Shown here piece by piece: positions 10,694 through 21,226 of a stretch of DNA of 64,000 bases. The stretch comes from an uncultured virus (IMG/VR IMGVR_UViG_3300021511_000004) (Duplodnaviria; Heunggongvirae; Uroviricota; Caudoviricetes). Where the stretch lies: IMG/VR virus record IMGVR_UViG_3300021511_000004; one strand, written 5' to 3'. Below the pieces are notes generated by a model. That model was not told where the DNA came from. It worked only from the letters and a program-made list of their open reading frames with translations, and searched no databases. How positions within the stretch are numbered: the stretch's first letter is position 1; every line of letters begins with the position of its first letter. The position numbers were made by a program, and so were the translations under genes.

Positions 10694-11414
10694 TGTTGTG
10701 TGAATATGGATGTGATCGGAAAGCTAAATACCAATTTAAAAATGGAAGATGGTGTTGCAGCAAAAGTCATGTATCATGCCCATCTGTAAAAGAAAAGAAT
10801 CGAGATTATAAAACTAATTATAAAATGAAAGAAGCATGGAAAAAAAGAAAAATGAATCCAGAATATATCAAAAAGCAAGAGGTGTAATACAATCTAAAGT
10901 GATGAAAAAGTTATGGCAAAATGGTATATACGATGGAGAAGAATATAGAAAAAAAATTAGTGATGGAGTAAAGAAAGTATGGGAAGATCCAGATAGTATT
11001 TTTAATTCTTTAAAATGGAGAGAAGAATTATCAAAAAGAACGAGAGAATTATTTAAGGATCCAATCTTTCTTAAAAAATATCAAGATGGGAATAAAAGCA
11101 AACCAAATAATTGTGAAAAATCTATTTTGAATCTTTTGAAAGAATTAGATTTGGATGAATATATATTTGTTGGTGATCATTCATTATGGATTGGTGGGAA
11201 AAATCCAGATTTTATAAATGAAAATGAGAATAAAATTATAGAATTTTTTGGAGATTATTGGCATTCTGAAGAAGTGACTGGAGTTTCTCATGCAGTAGAA
11301 GAAGAAAGAAGAATAAAACATTTTGAGGAATACGGTTATCAGGTTTTAGTAATATGGGAATATGAATTAAAAAATAAAGAATTATTAAGGAAAAAAAGAT
11401 TGGAGGATTTATCA
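10693..11414 (+). CDS. Frameshifted putative homing endonuclease (Cys-rich N module + VSR/DUF559-like PD-(D/E)XK domain)
   Basis: CEYGC..YQFKNGRWCCSK in one frame; KNPDF..IIEFFGDYWH..LVIWEYE in the overlapping frame. Confidence 0.65.
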
Positions 11415-11987
11415 ATGAGTGAAAGATGGGATAGATATTATTATGGATTATGTAAAGAAGTTGCTAAAAACTCTCAGTGTTTATCACGTAAGATAGGAGC
11501 TATTTTAGTTAAAGATAAAAGCATTGTTAGTACTGGATACAATGGGCCACCAAGGGGTGTAAGAACTTGTGATGAAAGATGGTTAAATGATAAGAAACTT
11601 AGAGAGGCGGGAGGATTTGAAACTCCTGACACTAACGTTGATAAAGACGAATTTCAAGCAATATATAATGCAAGGTTGGAAGGTATCTGCCCAAGATATA
11701 TTGCCGAGATGGGATTCAAATCAGGTGAAGGTCTTGAGTGGTGTGTAGCAGGTCATGCTGAAAGAAATGCTTTAATTAATGCTGCAAGGGCTGGTATTGC
11801 AACCAAAGGGTTAAAGATATATATGGACTGTGGTGTTCCTTGTACTCCATGTTTAGTTGAGATAATTAATGCTGGTATTGAAGAAATTATTGTTACTAAG
11901 ATGACCTTCTATGACCAATCATCTGAGTATTTGCTAAAGGAAAGTGGAATAGCAATTCGAGTTTATGATCATCTGAAAGAAGTATAA
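11415..11987 (+). CDS. dCMP deaminase
   Basis: STGYNGPP, HAERNA, PCTPC; own GGAGG SD, but in frame with the upstream nuclease ORF. Confidence 0.9.
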   Translation: MSERWDRYYYGLCKEVAKNSQCLSRKIGAILVKDKSIVSTGYNGPPRGVRTCDERWLNDKKLREAGGFETPDTNVDKDEFQAIYNARLEGICPRYIAEMGFKSGEGLEWCVAGHAERNALINAARAGIATKGLKIYMDCGVPCTPCLVEIINAGIEEIIVTKMTFYDQSSEYLLKESGIAIRVYDHLKEV

Positions 11988-12601
11988 TGATTTATTATTA
12001 CGTTTATAAAATTACCGATAAGAAAAGAAAAAAATATTATATTGGATCCAGAAGCTCAGAAATAAAACCCGAGCAAGATCTGGGGCATATTTATTTTAGT
12101 TCTTCAGGTAATAAAAAATTTATTACTGAACAAAGAAAAAATCCAACCCAATTTAACTATGAAATTATTAAAACATTTTCTAATAAATTACAAGCTTTAA
12201 AGTATGAAAAAGAATTGATACAACAAAAGAATGCTTTAAATAATAAGAATTATTACAATGGTCGTACCAGATTAAAATTTGTTGAGATTAATTCAAACGT
12301 GACAAAAAACACAGTATCATATTTGGGTAATTTAATTAGCCTTGCAAGAAAAGAACGTGGATTTTCGCAAGAAGAATTATCTAAAAGGTTAAATGTAAGC
12401 CGTAGTAAAATCCAGAGAATTGAATCAGGAAATACTAAAGTTTCAATTGGTAGTGTATTTGAAGCATGTTATATTTTAGGAATACCATTATTTGGCGGTG
12501 ATAAAGAACATATAACTAATTTATCAGGAATGTTATCATATATGAATAAATTAATACCAGAAAGAATACCAAATAAAATTATTATAGATGATGATTTTTA
12601 A
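11987..12601 (+). CDS. GIY-YIG endonuclease domain fused to XRE-type HTH
   Basis: YVYKIT...YYIGSR; ARKERGFSQEELSKRLNVSRSKIQRIESG. Confidence 0.8.
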   Translation: MIYYYVYKITDKKRKKYYIGSRSSEIKPEQDLGHIYFSSSGNKKFITEQRKNPTQFNYEIIKTFSNKLQALKYEKELIQQKNALNNKNYYNGRTRLKFVEINSNVTKNTVSYLGNLISLARKERGFSQEELSKRLNVSRSKIQRIESGNTKVSIGSVFEACYILGIPLFGGDKEHITNLSGMLSYMNKLIPERIPNKIIIDDDF

Positions 12602-12783
12602 GGAGTATAAACCGAATGAATTTTTTTCGTAAAAGAAAAGTTAGTTATATTCAGAAAGAATATAAAAAGATTTATGGGTCAAAGTCTTCTTTTTCTGATG
12701 AACTTACATTTCAAATTGTTAGGATGTTTTACTTGGGAGAAAAGTTAAAACTAAAGTTAAGACTATTATATAATGATTAGTAA

Positions 12784-13392
12784 GTGGTATTATATATCAT
12801 AACATGTATAAAAATGTGGTTTTGGGGGGAAATTAAAGAAATGTTAGATGTGAACACAACAAGCAAAAATCCGACTCATTTTTTAAGAGCAGTTGAATTG
12901 GTCGGAAGGGCAAGAGAAGAGTTTGGAGTACCTTCTGAAAATTGGCCACATCCAAGTTCGTGCAGATTTGGTATTCCAAATGATAATTATTATGCAGAAC
13001 TATGGGTTGATGGGATGGATTGGCAACCTTCATATTGGATTATTGAGGAACTTAATTTAAGAAAACCTTCAATACAACCTCTTATTATTTTTAATTATTA
13101 TGATGAACGTATGAAATTTGATGAATCATATTTTGAAGAGTTTATGAATGGTATAATGTATTATCGTAGAGATTATATGTGGTTAAAAACAAATGATCTG
13201 AGGTATTTTACAGATTCAACCTGGCCGTTTTTGAGTTTATTTAAAGATGAATTGAGGTATAGAAAAATGAAACTTTATTCATTTGAACATGCTTCACAAC
13301 CAAGAGTTGTATTTTGGTTAAATGAAGATTTTATACCGGAGGTGTATCGTGGAAAAAGAAAATCCAAAACCACCACTTTGTCGAATAATTAG
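12784..13392 (+). CDS. Hypothetical protein
   Basis: Long ORF in a co-directional block. Confidence 0.6.
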   Translation: MVLYIITCIKMWFWGEIKEMLDVNTTSKNPTHFLRAVELVGRAREEFGVPSENWPHPSSCRFGIPNDNYYAELWVDGMDWQPSYWIIEELNLRKPSIQPLIIFNYYDERMKFDESYFEEFMNGIMYYRRDYMWLKTNDLRYFTDSTWPFLSLFKDELRYRKMKLYSFEHASQPRVVFWLNEDFIPEVYRGKRKSKTTTLSNN

Positions 13393-13515
13393 AGAAGGTG
13401 ACTGTCCTAAATGTGGTAGTTCTCGAAAATATATACTTTGGCCTTTTATTAAAAGTGATTATTGTATTAATCCAGAATGTGAAAATTATTATGGAAAACA
13501 AGAAAGGAAAGAAAA

Positions 13516-13914
13516 ATGAAACGAGTAATTGTTGAATCACCTTATAAAGGAAAGATTCCTATTAATGAAATATATGGTGAATTATGTATGCATGACTGTT
13601 TAGTTAATCATAATGAAAGTCCATATGCTTCACATTTACTTTATACTCGAACATGGGTATTAAGAGATGATCACCCAGAAGAAAGAAAGCTTGGAATTGA
13701 AGCAGGATTTTATTGGAGAGATGTAGTAGAGCAATCAAATTTTTATATAGATTTAGGTATGACGGATGGAATGAAATTAGGAATTGAGGATTGTGAAAAG
13801 AAAGGTAACCCATATCAAGTAAGAATATTACCTGATGATTTGTGGGATAGATTTGTTACAATTTGTCAATCAAAAGGATATGGAGAACCAGAAAGAATAG
13901 GAGATATTGAATAA
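13516..13914 (+). CDS. Nucleoside deoxyribosyltransferase-fold hypothetical protein
   Basis: VIVESPY, ESPYASHLLY, ERKLGI, DLGMTDGM. Confidence 0.55.
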   Translation: MKRVIVESPYKGKIPINEIYGELCMHDCLVNHNESPYASHLLYTRTWVLRDDHPEERKLGIEAGFYWRDVVEQSNFYIDLGMTDGMKLGIEDCEKKGNPYQVRILPDDLWDRFVTICQSKGYGEPERIGDIE

Positions 13915-14390
13915 TGGAAATAATTTATTTAGTAGGACAGATTTCACCGAAGTATGAAATTACATATCAGTGGAGAAAAAATTTAGAAGAACAGTTTAAA
14001 GATACAGAAGTTATTAAATTTATCAATCCATGTTCTAATTCATTTAATAAAAAAGTTTTAGAAGAAAAAGAATATGCTGTATCAAAAGATAGACGCATTA
14101 ATGCAATTGATGTTCTTCCACCAAAGGATTACACTTTTTGTAAACGATCATCTATGGCTGTAGTTAATATGAATCATTATGATCTTAATAAACCAATGCT
14201 TGGAAGTTTCTTTGAGTTGGGGTGGTATTACACAATGCCCGAGAAGACTGTTATTGGTTTTGCAAAAGATTTAAATGATTATCAAATTCAACATCCATTT
14301 GTTCAACAAGCAGTAACTACATGGTGTCATGATGAATACGAAGCAGCTTATATTATTGAGAAATATTTTATTGATGTGGAGGCGCTATGA
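13914..14390 (+). CDS. Nucleoside 2-deoxyribosyltransferase-like protein
   Basis: IYLVGQI..WR..FINP..GSFFELGW..HPF. Confidence 0.7.
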   Translation: MEIIYLVGQISPKYEITYQWRKNLEEQFKDTEVIKFINPCSNSFNKKVLEEKEYAVSKDRRINAIDVLPPKDYTFCKRSSMAVVNMNHYDLNKPMLGSFFELGWYYTMPEKTVIGFAKDLNDYQIQHPFVQQAVTTWCHDEYEAAYIIEKYFIDVEAL

Positions 14391-15223
14391 AACCCAGAAT
14401 TGGTATAGTTGGCTTTGGTTTTTTGGGGCGTGCATTGGCACATGGATTTTCGTTACATTCACATATAAAAGTATATGATAAATATGATAATAGTTATGAT
14501 TCATTATCTGAAACTGTGAATGAATCTGATTTTATATTCATTGGTGTTCCCACTCCAATGAATGATGATGGTTCACAAAATTTAACTAATATATATGATG
14601 CTGTTAGTAATGTTGTTAAAGTAGCAGAAAATCATAAAATAATTATTTTGAGAAGTACAATAATACCAGGTACTACAAGACAAATCGCTTTTAACTATAG
14701 AGATCATGATTTTGTATTTTTTCCAGAATTCTTAACAGAGCGAACAGCTAAATTAGATTTTATAAATGCGTCTCGTTTAATTTTTGGAGGCGATGTAGAT
14801 GTAACAACTAAAATGGAAGAGATGTTCAGGCCAAGATTTCCACACACTCCAATATACCAAACTACATGGGAAGCAGCAGAAGTTGTAAAATATATGTCTA
14901 ATTCTTTCTTTGCTATTAAAGTGTCTTATTTAAATGAGATATATGATATTGCTAAACATATTGGAGTTAGATATGAAACTTTGAGAGATATGTGGTTAAC
15001 TGATTATAGAGTTGGTAACAGTCATACAGATGTTCCTGGTCATGATGGGTATCGTGGTTATGGAGGTAAATGTTTTCCAAAAGATGTTAAAGCATTTATT
15101 AAATGGGCTGAAGAAAATAATCTAAGATTAGATGTGTGTAAAGCTGCTGATAAAGTTAATGAAAGAATAAGGACTGTGAAAGATTGGTTTGATATTAAGG
15201 GAGTTGTGTATAAAAAGAAATGA
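14387..15223 (+). CDS. UDP-glucose/GDP-mannose dehydrogenase family (no C-terminal domain)
   Basis: GFGFLG, GVPTP, RSTIIPGTT, PEFL, GYGGKCFPKD. Confidence 0.9.
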   Translation: MKPRIGIVGFGFLGRALAHGFSLHSHIKVYDKYDNSYDSLSETVNESDFIFIGVPTPMNDDGSQNLTNIYDAVSNVVKVAENHKIIILRSTIIPGTTRQIAFNYRDHDFVFFPEFLTERTAKLDFINASRLIFGGDVDVTTKMEEMFRPRFPHTPIYQTTWEAAEVVKYMSNSFFAIKVSYLNEIYDIAKHIGVRYETLRDMWLTDYRVGNSHTDVPGHDGYRGYGGKCFPKDVKAFIKWAEENNLRLDVCKAADKVNERIRTVKDWFDIKGVVYKKK

Positions 15224-15235
15224 AGGAGGATTAAC

Positions 15236-15724
15236 ATGATGGGTGGTGAAGTTCCAATAGACAAAGCTATGAGACAATATGAACGTTCTGCGGAGGAAGA
15301 GAAGCAGTTAGGAAAAGATGAGGCCGCTAGGTTCAGTGAAGGAAAAATTCGCCATGATTTGGTAGCTCCTTGGGCTCTCGAGCAAATTGCAAGGGTTTAC
15401 ACATACGGAACTATAAAATACGATGATGATAACTGGTGGAAAGGTTTGAGATGGAAAAAAGATGTTTTCGGTTGTATTCTCAGACATATTTGGAAATGGT
15501 TCCGTGGTGAGAAAAATGATGATGAAAGTGGTCTCCATCATTTGGCTCATGCTGCTTGGAATTGCCTGGCACTAATGGAATATGAGAGAAATGGGATTGG
15601 AATTGATGATCGAGTTCCATATGTTTTAGATCTAATGGAGGTAGAGGAAAGAGAACGTAGAATCAATCTATGGAAAGAGTTAGCTGCTCAAGGCAAAGAT
15701 AAGGAATATAACGGATTAAACTAA
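15236..15724 (+). CDS. dATP/dGTP diphosphohydrolase (DUF5664-like)
   Basis: GKIRHDL, YGTIKYDDDNWWKG, DDESGLHHLAHAAWN. Confidence 0.85.
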   Translation: MMGGEVPIDKAMRQYERSAEEEKQLGKDEAARFSEGKIRHDLVAPWALEQIARVYTYGTIKYDDDNWWKGLRWKKDVFGCILRHIWKWFRGEKNDDESGLHHLAHAAWNCLALMEYERNGIGIDDRVPYVLDLMEVEERERRINLWKELAAQGKDKEYNGLN

Positions 15725-15982
15725 GAACAAACGCCTGACTTTAAAATAAGTGAGGTATTAACCATGAAACACAAAGAGGTTATAGAATTAAGATCTGAGT
15801 CATATATGGAAGAGCAATTTCTTCTTGATAGGTTTCCTGGTATAACATGGATAAATTCGGGTAGTTCCACTACATTTTATTTACCCATAGAAGAAAAAGA
15901 TAGTGTATTAAAAGCAATAAAAGAGTGGGAAGACTATGAAAAAGCAGGATTGTGAATAATAAAATAAAGAGGAGAATTAGAA

Positions 15983-16432
15983 ATGACAGATGAAAAAAAT
16001 GTGAATATGGGAAAAGAAGCAAATGCAGGACTAGCGAGAGATGATAGTCAGACAGCAACGAGATTGTTAGACAAGCAATTTTCTCCATTTATTGTTAGAA
16101 AATATTATGTTGAAAACTGGCCCTTATATATTGGGATAATTTCAGATTGTAACTTAAATGATTTGGATAAAACTGTTTTGGAAATAATAGATGACGCAAG
16201 ACAGTTAGGATTTTTAGATGGTAATATCCAAGATGTTAGAAATTTTTGTGGATATATGAGTGATGAAATAGATAAACATTATGATTCTGTTAAGAAAGGG
16301 TCAGTTGAAGGATTGGGTGTTGCATGGTATGTGGATAAAATGTTTTGTAGTTCTCTTGCCAAAGATCTGATGGTTCACAAATCTTGCAGAGATGAATTTT
16401 ATTCAATTTTAAAAGTTCTTCCTCATATATAA
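15983..16432 (+). CDS. Hypothetical protein
   Basis: ORF with GAGGAG SD. Confidence 0.6.
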   Translation: MTDEKNVNMGKEANAGLARDDSQTATRLLDKQFSPFIVRKYYVENWPLYIGIISDCNLNDLDKTVLEIIDDARQLGFLDGNIQDVRNFCGYMSDEIDKHYDSVKKGSVEGLGVAWYVDKMFCSSLAKDLMVHKSCRDEFYSILKVLPHI

Positions 16433-16441
16433 TAACCAACC

Positions 16442-16480
16442 ATACTCCTTTTTATTCAGAACAAACATAAAAAGGAGTAT
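16442..16480 (+). promoter_or_regulatory. RBS-sequestering hairpin with AGAACA promoter-like motif in the loop
   Basis: ATACTCCTTTTT...AAAAAGGAGTAT 12-bp inverted repeat. Confidence 0.7.
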
Positions 16481-16487
16481 TTAATCA

Positions 16488-17456
16488 ATGAAGCAATTAT
16501 GTTATTGGTGTGGTAGAGAAGCAATATATCAATTTAAAAATGGGAAGTGGTGTTGTAGTAAAAGTTATAATTCTTGCCCAGTTTTAAAAGAAAAAAATAG
16601 AACTTCTCATAAAAAGAAAGCAATTTCGATAAAAACTGATAAATTATGTGAATATAATTGTGGAAAAACTGCAAAATTTATTTTACCAAATCAGAAATAT
16701 TGTTGTAGTGATAATAGAAATAAGTGTATAGCTCTTAAAGAGAAAAATAGGTACGGAAAAGTAGGAATTCCTTTACCAGAATATCAAAAGAATAAAATAA
16801 GAGAAAAGGCTACAGGAAGAAAAAGAAGTCTTGACTCAATAAAAAAACAAAGTAATAAAATGAAAGAGTTATGGAGTGATAGAAATAGTATATATAATGA
16901 TCCTATATTTTTGAAATCTCGCGCATCAACATTAGTTCTTAAAGGGGCTTCATTTGATGTTTTTGAACCACAACTAAAATTTTGTGAAGATGTACGCCGA
17001 GATAAAAATGACAAAAGAATTTTAAGTATAAAATGTACATATTGTGGAAAAAGGTATACACCAAAAAAATTAGAAGTGTATAATAGAGTCGCATGTTTAA
17101 AAAATACAGATCCTAATATTAATGCAGAAAGTAGATTTTATTGTTCTCAAGAATGTAAAGGGATGTGCCCAATTTTTAAAAAAATAAGGTGACCAGAAGG
17201 TTTTAGAAAGAAATCAAGAACAGTTGAAGTTGATCCACATCTACGAAAAATGGTTTTTGAAAGAGATGATTGGGAATGTCAAAAATGTGAGAAAAAAGAA
17301 TCTATAGAATGTCACCATATAGATCCAGTATCACAAGAACCAATGTTTTCTAATGATATGGATTCTTGTATAACTCTATGTAAAGAGTGTCATAAGTATA
17401 TACATATGAATATAGAAGGTTGTGGATATAATGAATTAAGATGTGATAGAAAATGA
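16488..17456 (+). CDS. HNH endonuclease interrupted by one in-frame TGA (17190-17192)
   Basis: ORFs 16488-17192 and 17250-17456 share a frame; ERDDWECQKC...CHHID...CITLCKECH. Confidence 0.75.
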
Positions 17457-18263
17457 AAACGTACAAGCGTAGAATATATTGGTTTCATACAATAAAGTAT
17501 TGTGGTGCAGTTGCTGTCGATCAAGATGGTCTTGTATATAAATATGATACTGTACCATGATATAGATGGATGTCAGGAAAGAGATTTGTTGAAATGAAGA
17601 AGTATTTACAAAGAAAAAATCAATTAATTAATTGTATAAAAATAGAAGTGGATATAGATCCATTTTAGGAGAATATAATGAATGCGAATGAAATAGTATC
17701 GAAAATAAGAGATAATTTTCCAAATGATAATCCAATGTATCAACAACCAGATAGAGAAGATCAAGTAAAGGCGATACAGAAAATATTGGATAGAGGTATT
17801 AAGATTCATATTGTAAATCAACCAGTTGTAAAGTATAAAGGTAAAATATTTTCATTGTATTCATATTTGCTTGATGGGGCCAATGACAGTTCCGCCCAAT
17901 GCTAATACAGTAATTATTTGGTGTTGGTTTGCATTGCCAGATGGTAAGGAAATAATAAGAATAACATCTGAACAAGAAGCTGAGGTAATTAAAAATGAAA
18001 ATTGAAGCTGAAGATCATGTAATTTATATGACACCAGTTGTAGTTAAACATGATATAAAAGCTAAATGGATAATGCCAACTGTAGAGATAGTGGTTATAA
18101 AAGTTCACGAGTTATGTGGTGAAAATGAATTTAAAGATTCTACTGGTAAAGTATTTAAGAATTATAGAGTTCGATTTTTGATCAAAAATGGGCAAAAAAA
18201 TAAATTAGAATATGATGGTTATGACTACATGAAAATAGCTAAGGAAGAAGAGGAGATAGAAAA

Positions 18264-18644
18264 ATGACAGATGAAAAATTAGATTATAGACTAGAAACTT
18301 TTTATAAATATAAAGGGAAAGTTTTGAGAGTTGTCGATGCTGATACAGTTGATGCAGAACTTGAGTTGGGATTTGGAATTACAATGACACAACGATTTAG
18401 AATTGATAGTTTTGATGCACCTGAGACATGGAGACCAAGAAATGAAGCTGAAAAAATACATGGGAAGGAAGCAACACAAAGAGCGATTCAACTTCTCGCC
18501 GAAGAAGAATTGATTTTTGTTACTTCAAAAACAGCAGGTATTTATGGACGATATGGAGCACAAATTTTCTTAAAAGACGGAAGAGATTATGCAGAAGTAA
18601 TGATTCAGGAAGGATTTGAGAAAAAAAATGAGTATCTTATGTAA
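18264..18644 (+). CDS. Thermonuclease (SNase-like)
   Basis: RVVDADTVD, RIDSFDAPE, GIYGRY. Confidence 0.85.
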   Translation: MTDEKLDYRLETFYKYKGKVLRVVDADTVDAELELGFGITMTQRFRIDSFDAPETWRPRNEAEKIHGKEATQRAIQLLAEEELIFVTSKTAGIYGRYGAQIFLKDGRDYAEVMIQEGFEKKNEYLM

Positions 18645-18810
18645 TAAAGCAAAGTGTCGTAAATGTGGGGATATAATTGAATCTAAACACCGGCACGATT
18701 TTGTTAACTGTAAATGTGGCGCAATTTTTGTCGATGGTGGAAAGGATTATCTTCGTCGTGGAGGAAAGGATTTAGAAGATATAATTGAATTATCAGAAGA
18801 AGATGGGGAG

Positions 18811-18846
18811 TAAGTGTCAATGGAAATAAATCTCCATTGACACTTA
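18811..18846. terminator. Bidirectional terminator at the strand switch
   Basis: TAAGTGTCAATGGA...TCCATTGACACTTA 14-bp stem. Confidence 0.8.
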
Positions 18847-18851
18847 TTTAA

Positions 18852-18942
18852 TGGTGGGCCAGAAAGGATTTGAACCTTCGCGGAATCATAGATTCACCGG
18901 GTTAAAAACCCGATACTCTCGACCTGGCTGAGTGACTGGCCC
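18852..18942 (-). tRNA. tRNA-Lys(UUU) with long variable arm
   Basis: Cloverleaf, GGGCCAG/CTGGCCC-ACCA, V-stem GAATC/GATTC. Confidence 0.85.
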
Positions 18943-19791
18943 CATATTACTAAAATTTTTTATTCTGTGTTTTAATTCTTTTAGAGTAATTGAAGAATCA
19001 GTATTCTTTTTGTTATTTTCAGAGTGCTGCATCAATTTACAATTAGCTGGATGTCTTATTAATTCAGAAGGAATTTTATTTTTAAAACCATCAGTAATTG
19101 AAATCATATGATCTATAGAAATTCCATTTAAATTATTTCCTCTATTTTTAGCTTTATACCATCCGTGTTTATTAATTAGATCTAAATCAAATTTGTCTGG
19201 GTAATCGTAAACATTAAAAGTAAACATACAATCTAATTTATATCTTTCATATTTAGAATTTAATTCTTTTTTGTAATCTGGATTATCTTTACGGAATTTA
19301 CCAAAACATCTATGAGAACAAAATTTTTCATTTTTATGACTGATACCACATCTTATACATTTTCTTTTTAGTTTTGGAATACGAGGTATATTTTTTGTTT
19401 TTGGATTATTTATTCTGGTTCTACAACTTAATATGACGGACACTCTTATCTTTTCTTTAGTTTTTGATGAATGTTTCCTTTTTTTATTATTATACGAAGC
19501 AGAACATTTTTTTGAACAGAATATATTATTATTTTTTACTATTTTTTCACAATTTTTACATTTTCTGATATTTTTTGGATTTAAATAACAAGCTCTTTTA
19601 TGTCTTTTAATTGATGTATAACTTATTAATTTTTTGCAATATTCACATACTACTTTTTTGTTTATTTTTTTGTAATCTGGTAAGCCTTTATATCTCATAT
19701 GTGGGCACATTCTAAAATTTTTAGAACAACACCACTTTCCATTTTTAAACTGATATTTTGCTTCTCTCCCACAACCATAATTACATAACAT
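18886..19791 (-). CDS. HNH-like homing endonuclease overlapping tRNA-Lys
   Basis: CNYGCG module; SIDHMIS...HPANCKLM..ENNKK. Confidence 0.8.
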   Translation of the reverse strand: MLCNYGCGREAKYQFKNGKWCCSKNFRMCPHMRYKGLPDYKKINKKVVCEYCKKLISYTSIKRHKRACYLNPKNIRKCKNCEKIVKNNNIFCSKKCSASYNNKKRKHSSKTKEKIRVSVILSCRTRINNPKTKNIPRIPKLKRKCIRCGISHKNEKFCSHRCFGKFRKDNPDYKKELNSKYERYKLDCMFTFNVYDYPDKFDLDLINKHGWYKAKNRGNNLNGISIDHMISITDGFKNKIPSELIRHPANCKLMQHSENNKKNTDSSITLKELKHRIKNFSNMGPVTQPGREYRVFNPVNL

Positions 19792-19833
19792 TTATATCTC
19801 CTTTAATGTTTGTTCTAATTAAAAAGAAGATAT

Positions 19834-19930
19834 TGGAGACCCTGGTAGGATTTGAACCTACGTAGTTAAATAATTTAACATATAAAATGATTTGCAGTCA
19901 TCTGCCTTAACCGGACTTGGCAACAGGGTC
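19834..19930 (-). tRNA. tRNA-Cys(GCA) with long AT-rich variable arm
   Basis: Cloverleaf, U73, CCA; V-stem GTTAAA/TTTAAC. Confidence 0.85.
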
Positions 19931-20019
19931 TTAATAAATGTGCCAGAAGAACTTTTTCTGGTAATACTTGATCCATTCAAAGGAGTACCCCAGGATTTCG
20001 AGCCTTCTGGCACGAGCTC

Positions 20020-20208
20020 TTATTGTGCTGCTTTACGAGCTTTTTTAGCAGCTTTCTTTTCTAAGCTTTTTGCAATTTTAGCAGCTTTTCGTGCTTTGTT
20101 TTTCTCCCAGCGTCTTTCAGTATTATAACGACCATGCGCTGGTTTACGAGAAGCGCGGCCAATTTTTTTCTGACCACTTTTCCCTTTTTTGCGGTTGGGA
20201 TTGCTCAT
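20020..20208 (-). CDS. Small highly basic (K/R/A-rich) protein
   Basis: AAGGAGGTG SD; KAAK repeats. Confidence 0.65.
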   Translation of the reverse strand: MSNPNRKKGKSGQKKIGRASRKPAHGRYNTERRWEKNKARKAAKIAKSLEKKAAKKARKAAQ

Positions 20209-20268
20209 GACTAATCACCTCCTTAGGTTATTCAGTCATGAATCCCTCCCGCGCCACTAACAAAAGAA

Positions 20269-21063
20269 TTAATCATTTTGTTTTTCTCCTTCATCTTTGG
20301 CTTTTTTGTAGTCAACTCGTTTTTGAAATGTGCCCTCAAGTTCTTTAGCGAGAGCATCTTTGATCTTTTGAAGATCGCCTAACCGCATGACGACGTCGTC
20401 CAATTGACCATCACTCAATAATGAGTTGAGTGTATCTTCGATTACATTTGTAGGATCGAAGACTCCTTTTCCTGCTTGAACTTCAGATCTTGATCGAGCT
20501 TCAATTGAATCACATATCATTAATATTGCTGATTCAATACACTTAGGTTTCTCCCCTTTATATCTGAAAAAATCTTCAACGTCAGTATCGTGTTTTGCTT
20601 GATACTTTTCATAAAAATATTTCATCACATGTGTTCCATGATGTTCAGTAGCTATTCTGATTAGATCTCTTGGGAAGTTTTTATCTGCTAATAATATAAG
20701 TGCAGTATCTGAAATATGTCTACTAATAATTTGGTAACTTATTAAAGGATCCAATTTTTCATGCGGGTTTTCATCCTCTAATTGATTTTCAGTAAAATAT
20801 TTTGCATTAAACATTTTTCCAACATCATGATATAAAGCAGCTACTTTCATAAATGTTGTATCTAAATTTAATGCAATACTAATCCCTTCAACCATTCCTG
20901 ATAATGCTTGAGAATGTTTGAATGTTCCAGGACATGCTTCTCGAAACTTTTGGAGTAAAGGATAACTTGAATCTAATAGTAAAGTAAGTACATCTTTTTC
21001 TTTATCTCCATTTTGAGTATTTTCATCACTCATACATTTCCTCCTTGCGGAAGTTTTTGGCAC
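20269..21063 (-). CDS. Stand-alone HDIG domain of 7TM-HD/PgpH type (likely start 21033)
   Basis: PGTFKHS, ALYHDVGK, YFTENQ, EHHGT, FRYKGEKP, ILMICDSIEA, DGQLD. Confidence 0.85.
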   Translation of the reverse strand: MPKTSARRKCMSDENTQNGDKEKDVLTLLLDSSYPLLQKFREACPGTFKHSQALSGMVEGISIALNLDTTFMKVAALYHDVGKMFNAKYFTENQLEDENPHEKLDPLISYQIISRHISDTALILLADKNFPRDLIRIATEHHGTHVMKYFYEKYQAKHDTDVEDFFRYKGEKPKCIESAILMICDSIEARSRSEVQAGKGVFDPTNVIEDTLNSLLSDGQLDDVVMRLGDLQKIKDALAKELEGTFQKRVDYKKAKDEGEKQND

Positions 21064-21135
21064 CCCTGAGAGGATTCGAACCTCCGACCTCTTAGTTCGT
21101 AGCCAAGCGCTCTAATTCCACTGAGCTACAGGGGC
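21058..21135 (-). tRNA. tRNA-Arg(ACG)
   Basis: Canonical cloverleaf with CCA. Confidence 0.95.
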
Positions 21136-21150
21136 ATTTGTTAAAAAGTT

Positions 21151-21226
21151 TGGGGTGACGGGCTGGTCTCGAACCAGCTTACATCAGGGCCACGGCCTGA
21201 CGGCGTACCAGTATGCCTCCCGCCAC
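21151..21226 (-). tRNA. tRNA-His(GUG)
   Basis: Cloverleaf, C73, C33; G-1 not encoded. Confidence 0.9.
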
